From: Haplodiscus bocki
Taxonomy: Eukaryota
Direction of reading: 5' to 3'
DNA length: 64,000 nt
Assembly: GCA_965655095.1 (NCBI GenBank)
Contig: OZ296651.1
Span: 39,990,001 to 40,054,000 of the forward strand
The translations under genes and the position numbers were made by a program. The notes under the pieces are model-generated. The model was not told the DNA's origin and searched no databases. It saw only the letters and a list, made by a program, of their open reading frames with translations. Shown in pieces: positions 51,200 to 64,000 of the stretch; within the stretch, counting starts at the first letter, position 1, and each line of letters begins with the position of its first letter.

Positions 51200-52680
51200 T
51201 CTAGGTTATCGAGTTTCCAACTCACGGTAGCTTTAATTTCTAACTCGGTCACAAAATGTTAGATCTCAACCTTGGGACGGCGATGCGCCTGGTCTCTTGG
51301 CTTGCTCTATTCGTAGTTCGATTCTTTTTGTCAATTTTGCGGCCGGCGCAAAAACAACAGCGGCCGTAGTGTGCACGCTCTCAGTTTTGCTGTCAACATC
51401 AATGGCAACCTCGCTTTCAGCGCACTGACTTATATCATCGTGGTCAAAGTTTTTGTTTCGGTTCGTTGTGGATGCAGTGGAGGTGCTGGCCGTAGGTGTC
51501 ACGATAGTCGTAGAAGATTGTGGAGAAACCTAGTATTGCTCGGCCTCCAGGACTTCTTCCCTCTCTAATTCCGCCCTGATTGTGGTATGCATTGGTCCCC
51601 GCCATTGAAATCGCGTACTCGATGGATTCCCGCTGCCTGCGGCGCGTCATCTGGGAGAGCTAAATATCTCGCGAAGGTCAACCAGAAATTCGTTTGTTCC
51701 GGCCCCTCTAACGATGCTTTGAACACGGCTAACAAAATGACCCTGAACATCTCGCAATAGATGCTCAACTGCAACCACGGCGGGTACCATAGGCCATCCA
51801 TTGCGCAGTACTTTTCTAGATAAAAGTAAACATAGTCGGATTTCGGTCTCGCGCGCTCAATTTTGTTGAGTTGTTGTAAGAATTAAAAGTAACTCAAATT
51901 CTGATAGTGAGTGGTATGACTCCTGCCATTTGCGGCATGTTTGCCCCTGCAACTTCACTTGGTGGATGCGGTACTTGCAACCTCACATGTCTAACTACTT
52001 CTTCATTCTTCGGAACGTGGTCATTCTGTCTTCTGATATCATTCTCGGCATCTCCTAACGCAATGTTCAATGCCTGATTTTGTGGGATTGTACCCCTAAG
52101 TTCTTTTTCTTCTGGTTGCCATTCTGGTTTTTCGTTGGGACGCCTACTGAGACCATCCGCGTTAGTGTTTCTCTCCTGGAGGGTGTACAGTTCTATAGTC
52201 ATACTCTTGCATCTTTTGGATCATTCTAAATGTCATACCGTTGGCGTTCTGCCTGAAAAAATCATTGTAAACTCGCGTGATCCGTTCTAACAATACACTG
52301 CGTTCTGTAAATATAAGGTTGGAACCATTGCATCGCCTGTACATTTCCTAGTGCTTCTCGTTTCGTTGTTGCATAATTTACCTCGGTCTTGGAAAACACT
52401 CTAGACTCGAACGCCACGGGTCGTTCTTCTTCAATCACTTGCGACGAAACTGCTCCAAGAGCAATCTCACCAGCATCCGTGTCTATCACGAAAGGATAAG
52501 AAAAGTTGGGAAAAGGCAGAATTGGGGCTTGCAAAAGTCTCGTTTTTAGCAGCTGGAATGCTTCTTCATGCTCTTCATTCCAGTGGAATTTCACGTCCTT
52601 AGTAGTTAACGCGTAAAGGGGCTTCGCTACTTCTGCTGATTTTCGCACGAGTTTCCCTTAATAATTACAGAATGAAGTAA
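51200..52680 (-). mobile_element. Inverted Gypsy fragment: RT thumb/RNase H plus 3' ORF
   Basis: AKPLYALTTKDVKFHWNEEHEEAFQLLK...FVIDTDA...PVAFESR...NYATTKREAL...VRTDHASLQ...NADGLSRRP. Confidence 0.92.
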
Positions 52681-54373
52681 ACGATCTGACTTGAGTAACT
52701 GTTTTCGGGCGTTCCCAGTTTCTAAAGAGCAACTGTCCCACAGTTCAACTCACTCTTGTTTTGCGGTTCTGTATTGCCTGTCTTTCGTTCCCGGCACTAC
52801 TAAGTTTTTTTCGCCGCTAGGTGTGTCCCCTTTTTGTCGTTTTAATGAAAATCATCACTTTTGCTATTTTGGCGTCAGTTGTTACTAATTGCAAATTCTG
52901 TTTCAGCCTCATTTTTCGGTATTAGTCAATTGTTTTCGGCGTGTTTCGGTAATAATGAGGTGTCGAGTTCAAGATAATGACTAGGTGGTTCGTGGTTCAT
53001 AATCGATTTTTGGTCATTATGATGTCATTTTTCTGAACGTATAATTTTTCAGGGATGGGGTGGTTATTTATTGTTAGTACATTCGAAAAGGAGTGTTTTA
53101 ATGAAAAGATGAGCTCTCTACTTGGTCTCAACAAAAAGTGGTCAATTTTATGTAAAAGTACCGATTTTGGCCTTTTTGGACTACCTAGGTCCACCTTCAA
53201 AGTCGATTCGTTCAACGTACAGGTAAAATTTCGAAAAATCCTTAGAATGTTTACGGGGGGGGGGGGTTATTAGGAACATTGTGTTGAATTTTGAGCTTTC
53301 TATCTCTGAGAAGGTGCGGGGGGGGGCTATCCGTTTTGCAAGTCGACATTTTCCAAAATCCGTGATTTCAGCTAGTTGTAATATTATCGGGAGGCCATTT
53401 GTAACTTGTTACGCTTGTTCTTTTGTTATTTTCCCTTCCTCTTATTGATAAATTTCCGAATACTAGCATTGCGGTCGATTTCTGTTGGGTAATCGTTGAC
53501 TATTAAGCGAAAAACTGTGATTTTCGTCGATTTCACTGTATTTTGGGCGTTTTTTGGACATTTCTTCCCTAGTTCTCCAAAATGACTGTATATCATCGAT
53601 TCATCTTTTCAGGGACATTATTCCATCCAAATATCTTCCGATTAAGGTTATTCCGAGCGTTTTGTGATGCGTGGTTCACTCGTAATGAGTTTTTAACTGA
53701 ACTCAATTCACCAATTTCTGCAGTGCACTTTTCCTTAGCAACATTTTTTCATCGTCTTAATTTCGTCCGATTTTGCCCATATACCAAACCTAAACTTTCC
53801 TATAGATGTAGTTTACAATAGTGAGAACTGTTTGTCGATATCTTTTTTCTTCTCCGAGAAATAGGAATGCAGACATTGGTGACTATTTAAATAAAGGCTC
53901 TAATTTTGGGTGGCGAGACCGTGAATATGCTAATACGTGGGGTGGCAGCAGCTGTGCGCGTGGTCAGAAATCACTTCAAATTCACTCCTATTGTATTCTT
54001 TTTGTATCTATAACAATTTGTTTTCATTCTGCTCTCTTTTTCATGCGCTTCTAAAGTTGCAACTGAACTGCGAATTCGCCATGCCACTGTTTTCCGGACC
54101 GTAATACTTTTCGTTTTAACTTTTCAGCAGCTTTTAATTTTCAGAATGCGATGAAAACACCCGACATGTTTTGCTTGGAAATTAGTTTTAGTTGGTGAGA
54201 ACAGTTTTGCTCTATCTATCATAGTTTTCAAGAAAATTGACGTTAAATTTCGATTTCGAATTAGACCACCTTTCAAATTTTATGCTGCTGTAGCTTTGCT
54301 ATGTTAATACACACGTGCCAAGGCCTTCAAAATAAATTATCTTTGCTCTTCTGCTTGTTCTTGTTCCAACGTA

Positions 54374-55523
54374 ATGTTTATTCTGTTCAATATTCACTTT
54401 TCACGTATCACTCCCACTGCTAAATTTCACACAATTCACGTGCACCAACACAGCAAATCTATTATTACGAAATTGCCAAATGTGATTGATTTGGATTCTA
54501 AACGTAAACTTTTTTATTGTTCTAACTTCGAAACACGAAGTTTAAATGTTTTAGAGCTCATGGAAAGCATATTTGGTTCCGTGCCTCTCCATCCCGTCAA
54601 TATTGCACATTCTTTTAATAACGAAATTTGGTCCCGTTTCATTGTTCTTTCTAATTTTAATTTCACTGTAGACTCTCCCCTTGTCCCATGTATCTTGTCT
54701 ATTTTCAATGTAAAACCTCCAGGTGTATCCAAACTGTCTTGAGACCATCTTAATTTAATTTGGGAGCATGTAAATAATATCCCTTCTTGTCCCCTAATCA
54801 GCATCACCAAAGGTCCCGAATATGCCGGTACGCGTAACTTCACAAATTGTGTCCAAACCGATACGGATTTCCGCCACTGCTTATCCTCGTAATATTTTAC
54901 TGGCCATGTGGTTATCAGTTGTATGGGATTTTTGATGAAAGCACGTATTTCACTTTTGCAGTCACCGGAATCGGTGAGGGCGTTTCTTTCGCACTTTTAA
55001 TTCATTGTCAAAAAGATTTGTGTGCCTCATCTTTGTCTGCCGGCACATGCTTCTTCGAACTTTGTTGCCTCTCTGCCGATGGTTTTTTTAATACTCAATG
55101 CAGCGCGGTCCACGTGAACATGAGGCGCGTTGTTTACAATTTTCTATTGAATGTCCCGGCGATTTGATGTTTATTCTCCATCTCGCTCACGCTGTTCTAA
55201 CTTTGGATACTGGTTCGCCAATAACTTTGCCAGAATGGGACGCCGTTACCACTACAAATCGGCAAGTAATTGTTCAACAATTGGAAAATTGCACTTTTGG
55301 TGAACGTCGTGTTAAGTGGTACGAAATTTTCGTGAAAAAAGGTTTATCTGCGTTGCAGGAGTGGGTGTTTTCCCTTCAACAGGCCCCCAAGAAAGAAAGG
55401 AAAAGCAACAAAGACACTGGAAATTTAGGGTACAGCACTCTATCAGTTTTTTTATGTTCATTAATTGTCGAAAACGAGGTTCTCCGTAAAGTTGAAAGTA
55501 GTCGAGTCAACCCTATGCAGTAA
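54374..55523 (+). pseudogene. Intronless JmjC-domain-like relic
   Basis: STYFTFAVTGIGEGVSFALLIHCQK, then in another frame FSIECPGDLMFILHLAHAVLTL, which matches the JmjC C-terminal pattern Q.PGD.hFhP....H.V. Frameshifted. Confidence 0.5.
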
Positions 55524-55899
55524 TCCAAAATTCGTTAACCGCAAAAAGGGCGCTATTATTCTAGCTCCCTCTAGATGAATTAAGTTTTCATTGTTCTCTT
55601 TTCAGCTCTTCAACCTCTTCGGGCAAGTATTTATTTAACTTTTAACAGCAAATACTAGATAGTTGATCCATATTATCACTCGAAAGGAAAACTCTTTCTT
55701 CTTGATAAACTTTCCAAATTACCACCCCCCCCCGCCCCCCACGTGGACTACTACTCTCCCGAGTGGTTCAAGGATTCAAGGAGAATCAAAGTCCCTATCG
55801 GTGTTTTCATTCTTTCAGATTTCCTTGGGAGAACTCTGTCTTCCACCTTTTTTCCAATAATCTTGCAAGGAAAAAATTATATTTTTATTAGCTTTGAGG

Positions 55900-56830
55900 G
55901 TTGAGGAACTTACAACCCACGGTGGCTTTTGGTCTTTCCCGGGCACAAAGTCTTATATTTTAGTCGTGGGACATAGATCGACCCGCACTGGTTGTCCCTT
56001 CTTTCGGTTCCGCACATCTCTGGCATTTTCGCTGCCGGTGCGAAAACAGTGGTGGCAATCGTGTCCACACTTAGTATCACTTTCGACGCTGAGGGAAATT
56101 TCTCGTTCCACGCATTGGCTTATCGTCTCGCGATCGAATTCTCTGTTTTGGCCGATTGTAGACTTGGTAAAAGTGCTGGTTGTGGTTATTGTGATGGTTG
56201 AGGTGGCAGCGCTGCTGGGAATACAAGCCAACATGGCCAGCTGAATTTGGGCAGCCTCCACACGCGGGCATTTGGGAGGCCGAGGGTATATTTGATACTG
56301 TATGGCTCCCGGGACTTTTTTTGTAATTCGGTCCAAGCTGTGCTTTTCACTGGCCCCCTCCAATGAAAGCTCATACTAATGAAGTTTCCTGCTGTCTGAG
56401 GCGTATCATCTGGAAAGTTTAAGTACCTTGGAAATGTCAGCAGAAAGTTTTCATTCCGGTCGCTACTGGGAAGCTTTGAAGACGGCGAATAATTTTTCTC
56501 GGAACTTCTCTCAATATATACTTAGCTGTAACCATGGAGGGCACCACAGGCTGTTCAGTGCACAAGTTTTCCAGATGTGAGTACACGTAGTCGAAATTGG
56601 GCCTGGCTCTTTTTGTTTTAATCAATTTGTAAGAGTTGAATGGGTTTGTTACTCAGATGGTCAGGAGCGAGATTCCTGTCGTTTGGCATGTTGGCTCCCT
56701 CTACTTCGCTGGGTGCTGGATTGTATACCGTATGTGATCCCACAGCTTCGAAGTTCCTAGGTCTGGATTGGGCGGTCGGTGTTTTGTGGTGAAACGGTGG
56801 CATGATTCTTTTCTTTTTATTGGTTTTGAA
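55900..56830 (-). mobile_element. Diverged second copy of the Gypsy 3' region seen at 51200-52000
   Basis: PSEVEGANMP versus PSEVAGANMP; QNREFDRETISQCVEREISLSVESDT versus RNKNFDHDDISQCAESEVAIDVDSKT. Confidence 0.7.
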
Positions 56831-59800
56831 ATGTCGGTTGTACAACGATAGAAAACATGTTAACAAATTTGGAGCGAAGCAACTGTTTTGCTCAGGAGAA
56901 TCATTTAACTGACGATACTTCACGTTTGGTCCGTACTGATGTTGTTATAGATGTTTATATATTCTTTACTTTCCACAAAAAATACCTGCAGCAATCCGTT
57001 ACTTTTTGTTCAGTCCGAGCCGGGGATGATGTTAACGAAAACAGAATATTGCAGCTGCAAATAAATATGGGTGGAGCTAATCATCAAAGGTTTTTATAGG
57101 CAAATAAATAAAGGTGGGCTTTATTGAACTTTGATGAACAGTACTTTCTTTGTTTTTCCGTTGTTAGTTTTCAGAAGTCTCCAGGAAGGAGTAGAGGCCT
57201 TTCTGTTGTCTTGCTACGACCATTCTTGTTCGAATCACATCGCGGCAAAACAATTGCTGCGTTCGATAATACCCTTTTTCTCAGTTCGGTTGTACTCTTT
57301 CTCATTTCTGGTCTTTTTTGAAAAAAAAGTTAAATTTCTCAATGGCGAGAGATCTGTTTTGTGCTTTGAAGGTCTTTTCAAGATCAATCCAAGTCACAAA
57401 TCCACGGATTTTTTTCACTATCTCTACCGGTGTTTCAAAATTGGTACCAAACATCTGTGTTTTCAAAATTGAGCTGAGAATTCTCCCATGATAAATAATT
57501 TTTGATATTTGCGTTCGAACTTTGGGTAATTCCCTAAAAAGTTAACGTTTTCGCGCTAATTTGGTGAAGTTAATTGCAACGTATAGTTCTCGAAAGTTTT
57601 AGCGATTTTCGGGAAAAACCACAATTTTCATGTTTTCAGGGTACAAAAACTGCTAAGTTTTGCTTTTTTGCGACGTTTGCTGGTTTGCCTAACAAATATT
57701 TTTTAACTACGCATCCAGCTTACATCAATGTGAAACGCTAGGTTATGAGGACTTCTCATTTCTGAACTTTTTGTCCGGAAAGGCCGTTTTCTGGTTGAAA
57801 CTTACACCATATATAGTTTTTTCCAATTTTTCTGAGCGTTTGCCTTCCATATCAACTTTCTAGCTACTGGAATAATTTAATGGCTTTTAGAAGCACGACA
57901 ATAGCTCAGTAGTGTGGAAAGCTCCAAAGTTGTTCGGTATCGAGGTTTTTCGGTGGGTGCAAAGTCAATAAATAGCTACGTTTTTACTTTTGTTGAAGGT
58001 TTGTTTTTCTGTTTTGAATGTCTACTTCTTTGTTACCAAAGCCCTAAAAACCAATATCAGAGGACATATCTTGCAATCATCTGTAAAAGATTTTTTTTTC
58101 GTGAGAAAATGCTTGTTTTTATGCTTTTTAGTATGCAAAAATAGGTAGCGGTTTCTGCTGTTTTCCCTCCCAACTAAACGTTGTGACTACGCAGCTAGTT
58201 AAATTGAATTCAAAGTGCTGAGCATCTAGAGTTTGGAAACTTTGCGAAATGGTTCTCTTGGTAAGGCAGACTTAGCCAAAAACTGCTAAAGCTGGAGTTT
58301 TTTCATGGTTTTCGTTCGTTTGCCTTCCAAACCAATGTGTCTCTACAATTGCATCAGATAGGATAAAAACTCACGCACCACTATTCTGAACAAGTTTTTC
58401 AAGTAATTTTTGTAATAGGAATTTTATGGCCACGAACAAGCCTTACCGCGGCCTTGAGCGCCTGTGTTTTATATAGTTTTAGAAGATGAACAAAAGTTGC
58501 TCTTTTCTGGAGTTCTTCAATTTTCCCGCAGTTTCTCACGGAAAGAGGAAAGAACTGTGCAATATCTGGTGAAAATCCCGGGAATGTGTTTTTTTCAAGA
58601 CACAGCTTGGTTTCTGGTAGTTTTGATGTAACATTACGTTGAAGATATTTTGATGAATATGATCAAGAAGTCTGTTTCGTGTCACAAGTGTTTGGAAAAC
58701 ACGGCTTCGCCTCTGTGTTTAAATTCACATTGCTGAATGCTTTGCAGCCTTGAAGCTTATGTTTTCATAAACGCATAATTTTTTGTTCTGTTCTACGCAA
58801 TTTGTTTTTTTAACAGCTTTAATGTGTTGCGTCTCTCAATTTGCCGGTACTTGAATATCCACCATTTCACAAAACTATCATAAATGCCCTTGTATCGATC
58901 TGGTACCGCTTGAATCACCGCCAAATTTGCCTCCGCCACGAAATACTTGAATATTCTGGGCAAAAATTTTCAATATTGGCCAAAAGTTTTTTTTCTGGGG
59001 TGGACAATTTCTTTTTTCATTGAGGGCACATGTGAGTGAAAGAAAATGCAAACTTTGGTTAAAGTAAATTGTATAAAATGGATGAAAGAAATAACAAAAG
59101 TTACTGCGCATGTTTTTCAGGGAAATAATTTGAAACAGTGTACAGGTTTCACTTAGTCATTATATCGATTTTTGGTCAGTTTATAGTGTGATTGTCCAGA
59201 TGAGGTATTCGATTTTCTGCCATTCTGCGTGATATGGTTTTTACGGACTGTGGAGGTAAATCGAGAGTGCAATATAGGAAATGCAGCGGTTTTCACTTAA
59301 ATCATAAGGATCCATCTTTGATTTGTACAAAATCAGATCAAACCACTCCAACCCGGATTGTCATTTGTCTTCATATTTGATTGCTTTGTGCAGTGTTTGG
59401 GTTGATATTTGTCGCCCTAAGTTAATTTAGACATATATAATTTGCCTGATATCAAATTTTGTGAATGTATATGTTTGCTACTTTTGTAAAACCCTGTATT
59501 GGGATATTGAAAAAATGAAAATTTTTTGTCAACTGTCTGTTATTTTGTGCATTCGAAGCATTAGCAGGGCGAAAATGGTTTGCGATGTAGTTTTCATGGA
59601 TATCTTTTAACCGACTGCAGATGGGGAAATCAGAATTTTGCAGAATTTTTGAGATTTTTAGTCGACGTTTTTTTTGGGGAAAAAGCATATGATTTCCACG
59701 TGGCTTAGTGGGTCGGACAAAAGGGTTCCGAATCCACAGGGCGCGTGTTGAGTCCCAGTATAAGTTGTCTTTTTACTTTTTGCTAACGGAAAAACGTATT

Positions 59801-60642
59801 GCTTACCTATTTTCGAATAAATGGCCAGCCCCCCCCCCCCCCCCCCTGGCCACATGTAGATTTACCTACATCTACATAAGTTTTCACAACACCGAAGTGT
59901 CGGCCCTACGAAGTTTTTCGTGTCGCATACGAAGTGCGAGACTAAAAAAATAGTCAATAACCACAAAGAGTTGTTGAAGAAAGGCTAATTGGAGTACCAA
60001 CAAGTGCAACCAGTGCAGAAAAAAAATTGAAAACACCCAAATCCTCCGGCATTGCGAAACAAAATTTTTTCCTATAAAATTTGTGATACGCCGGCCGCTA
60101 TACCAAAAGTATTCGTAAACCACAATTTTTGGAACACTGAAGGGTGCTCCTATGATTTTTTTTCGGCATTGTGAAAGATAGTTCTTCACAGTGAGGAAAC
60201 CCTTTTTTGTGTAAATTTTCTTTATAAAACTGAAAACATCAAGCCCCCACATTCTCTGTATACTGAGCCTGATGGGCGACGCCGACTTGAGCTCTTCGCA
60301 CTTGTTCATTTCTTTTTGTGTGATAAGGATACTTTTTTCCATGTAGAAATAGGCCTGTAAATCACTGTTTAGCGTTTTCGCAGAAAGATTATTGTTGTGA
60401 TTTCACAAAGGTGAAGACATCCCAGATTCGGTGCTGTCTATTCATCCAGCGCAAAGGTGATTTGGATATACCAAAGGGTATCATTATTTTCTGTCGGAAA
60501 TCTCACAGTGCAAAAAAAGTCGTTGCGGTCATCTAATGCTTGGTGTGCTTTTTTGAACGCAAGGCTTGTCTCGAGAAAGCTTGAAAATTTGCTCAACTGA
60601 ACATGAAAAGTTGGATTTCGAGAAAATAAAAAACGCCATATT

Positions 60643-60911
60643 ATGGTTTCGGCTTATGCACCGACCGAAGATGAATCACCCTTTTCAGAGGATTATTTGA
60701 AAGGACATCGCGGCTCAAAAATGCGGAACACGGATGCGGACTTTTTGTCCAGCGACAATTTGTGTGGACAAACATTGTTAAAGCTGGTCTCTAGAGGAAA
60801 TGCAATCATTGCCGAAATCCTCAGACTCTCCGATTTCATTCCGTCTGTCTTCACAAGTTCTCGTGAACAAGAAGCGTACTCAGAACTGCTTATGGACTTC
60901 AAATATTTCAC
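60643..60911 (+). CDS. WASHC5: WASH complex subunit 5 (strumpellin), exon 1 (start at 60643 or 60721)
   Basis: DFLSSDNLCGQTLLKLVSRGNAIIAEILRLSDFIPSVF is the strumpellin N-terminus; donor AC|gttagt, phase 2. Confidence 0.93.
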
Positions 60912-61262
60912 GTTAGTTGGGGCAATTATTGGACTTTTGAGATCTTCGATGTCTTCAGGTTTTGCAAAAAAATTTTCACGAATTTGTAGTGTCTTAGGAA
61001 TGAACATTTTGACTTGGTATAGTTTCCCGGAAAGGTTGTCCTTGAAATTGTACTAATTGAATGTGAAAGTTTCGCATCAAAAGAATAACTGGTTGAAGCG
61101 AACAAAGATTCAGCTAATGAAATTTGTGTAAAAGTTATGTAAAAAACAGTCTTGAGTATGGGTCTTGCTTTTTGCGGGAATTTTAGGTGTCTGTTTTTCA
61201 AATCGATTTTTTTGAACATCGTGTCATGATGATTTGTTTCACATGTTATCTTTTCGATCTAG

Positions 61263-61552
61263 ACTAACAGAAAGTGTTCAAAGAAAGTTCACGAGTGACA
61301 TCAAACTGATTGACCTAAATGAAGAGTTCAAAGAGAACCACCAGTCGATAATTGAGCGATTCTACCTCGTGTTTGAGAGTGTGTTCAAATACGTCACCGA
61401 CCTGAACAAGTTCATAAGTGACCTTGAGGACGGACATTTCATCCAGCAGACTCTGGAGAGTGTGATAAACAGTACAGAAGGGAGACAACTGTTGGCCGAG
61501 GCTGTGTTTGTCTATGGTGTCATGCTGCTTTTGCTGGATATGAAAATACCTG
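61263..61552 (+). CDS. WASHC5: Strumpellin exon 2
   Basis: LNEEFKENHQSIIERFYLVFESVFKYVTDL...FIQQTLESV...EGRQLLAEAVFVYGVMLLLLDMKIP; phases fit exons 1 and 3. Confidence 0.95.
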
Positions 61553-62968
61553 GTTAGTTTGTTCTTAGTTTGTTTATGGATGTTTTTGAGGTTTTTTATG
61601 GAAGTATTTCCTTTGAAAAACAAATTCTTCCATGTTTGTTCAAGTTGTTTTTAATTTATTCAAATTGTTTATTTAAAGGGTTTTAAATTCAAGCCGTTGC
61701 TCTTGAAGCTGTGTAGTATTCACTGATGCGATATGAAAATTTGGAACACTTTATAATTTAGTGCTGTTTTGAGTTGATTATCAACAAGACGGCCGGCCAG
61801 CACCAGCATATTTTTGCCCTCTAGCTTTGCTAAAGATTCCTTTCAGAAGGATGAAAGCGTTTTTTGTCAAAAAAAATTCTACCTTTAGCAAATTTTGAGA
61901 ACTTTTCCAAATTCAAAATTTTTCTGACTCCTTTCAAAAAACCTTCAATTCAAGTGGAAAAAAGACATTTTTATGAAATAATATCATTTCATACGCATTC
62001 TACAGCAAATTTGCCAACTTTAACCGTTTTGAAAAAAATCAAGTTTTCGAAAAAAAACCATGAAATTTTCCAAGAAAAACCAAATTTCGTACGTTTTAGA
62101 GAAATCTTACTATTTCAGTCGCATTCTACGGCAAATTTGCTATAGTTTGCTGAAAAAAATTCACGGTCAGAACATTCGGACGTTCGGACATTGTCAATTG
62201 GCAAACAGCGTAAAAAAAACGTTCGCGTTGAGTGGATGATCTTCCTCCCATATCATAAATATGGCGGAAAATGAAAATTTCATCGGGTTAATTTGGTAAA
62301 AAAAACAGCATTGCACTTTTAAGGAAGTAACGCTCAAAAGTCGTGTTAAATTGACCATGTGTATTTGGAGAGAAAATTGAGTTCCGGTGACCGACCGCAG
62401 TGGGAAGTTTACGGGAATTAACAGTACCAATATTGTATAAGAAATTTAGTGTCAGTGTTAGATGATAACTTAGCTGATAATCATTCAGTGTATTTTGGAA
62501 TAAAATTTGTAGTCGGTGCTTTCGTAGAAAAAAACCAGTTCTTTTAGTAATTTTTTTCTTTTTTTTTCAGATCACAACGGAATATACACTCTTCTTTTCT
62601 ACTATATCGACTCTTCGAAAATTTTAGATTTATAATATTCCATTACGTATAAAATGAAAACATACAAATTTTCAAAAAGACAAAAGGGTGCATTAACGAA
62701 GTTTTTCGGTACTGTGATACAAAAAAGAACGAAAAATTGTGGTCTTCTTTTTCATGTATAAAATATTTCGATACCAGAAAAACCAAATCTGAACCCCCCT
62801 CCCCTCGCGCGAAATGTTCGGCAGAAAATCGTGATACCTTTATGGTGTCCCCAAATTTTTGCACCTGCCAGATGGGCAGCACCGACTCTAACTGTTCTCG
62901 GCTTGTTTCATTTTGAATCTATTTTTAAATTTTCATTTTTTCCATTCTCAAAACATTAAATTTTTCAG

Positions 62969-63242
62969 GAGACGTTCGTGAAAAGATGTTGGTATTCCAC
63001 TACAGAAACGGAGGTACGCATCTAGCCACTGACACAAACATTGATGATGTGTGCAAGTTGCTGGCATCCACTGGATACGTACGAGGTACTCACGACCGGC
63101 CGATGCAGAGACCTCAGGAGTACCCGGAAAAGTATTTCAGTCGAATCCAGCTCAGTGAAGATTTGCTACAAATGGTTTTTGGGAGACTACAAAACGATGA
63201 TATTTACAATTTGATATCCGTTTACCCAAAACCTCAACACAG
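62969..63242 (+). CDS. WASHC5: Strumpellin exon 3 (gene continues beyond the window)
   Basis: Acceptor tttttcag; GDVREKMLVFHYR...NIDDVCKLLASTGY...RPQEYPEKYFSR...GRLQNDDIYN...YPKPQHR; donor AG|gttagt. Confidence 0.95.
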
Positions 63243-64000
63243 GTTAGTTATTTCGTTTCAATTTGATTACGGCTGAAATACAGTGATTTATAGTATGAGA
63301 AATTGAAACCTTGAGCGTTTGAGAGTAATAAAAAGCAGCTTTCAGGAGCAAAGTTACTGCTGAGGCATGGAGCTGCGGAAATTTGAAGTAATATTGCATA
63401 GCCTTTTAGGTGACTTTTGTTAGGTGGCTTTTGAAAAGGTCTAATTTCCCCCAGAAATAAAAGATTTCAATTATGATCTTTGTTATAATGTTCGGATTAG
63501 TGAAGCCTCAAAGTTTGTCATTTGTGCTACGGTGGATCAGTTTATCGCTAATCGCAAACCACTACAGCAATTGAGTTGGCGCAAGCCACTCAGCAGTCAG
63601 AATTAAACCAGCAGTTTTGGCGCCGCCCGTAAGCTTCAAAATATCATTGGGCGACTCCTTTTTTTGGAAATTTCTGTTTTTTGACAAACTATTGTTCAAT
63701 TTTTAGGACTTCAGACAAGTTAATTTTTACCTAATAATTATAGTGTTGCTCGTCTTTCGGTTTTTTTACGCTTTTTTGCGACCTCGTCCAAAATAAGAAA
63801 TCTCGTGCAATATTTAGAAAATTTAATTTTTTCAAAAAGCAGCAAAGCTACGTGGGAGCACAAGAGGGACCATACGGAGCATCAGAGTAGCGAAAAATGT
63901 GCGGAAATGAAAAATTTCTGGAGCCCTAACCGCCTTGAGCGGTTATGTTTTAAATTGTACCCTTTACCAATAATAATAGTTTGAGAAGGGGTATCTGGAA

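Overview
This is AT-rich, intron-containing animal genomic DNA, not prokaryotic. It is dense in repeats; the style recalls an acoel or other marine invertebrate, but the species cannot be established from the sequence. Three host genes lie on the + strand: an ENTR1/SDCCAG3-like gene (exons at about 10.7 and 19.2 kb, with its last exon present twice, at 32.8 and 37.4 kb), a complete two-exon HTATIP2/TIP30, and the first three exons of WASHC5/strumpellin. The rest is mostly decayed mobile DNA: a Helitron/Helentron Rep-PIF1 relic (0.2-5.6 kb), a 120/240-bp tandem array, tRNA-derived SINE heads, a Sola-like transposon relic, a possible LINE relic, several Ty3/Gypsy fragments and an intronless JmjC-like relic. 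Two structures stand out. First, an internally deleted Maverick/Polinton (adintovirus-like) provirus with PLA2-like, ATPase, integrase, penton, core, major capsid and zinc-finger ORFs sits inside the last ENTR1 intron, between about 1.75-kb inverted arms of uneven identity, and the right arm abuts the duplicated last exon. Second, a Gypsy pol carries an in-frame TARG1/OARD1-type macrodomain that keeps both catalytic residues. All calls rest on manual translation and motif recognition; no searches were run, and percent identities are estimates by eye.
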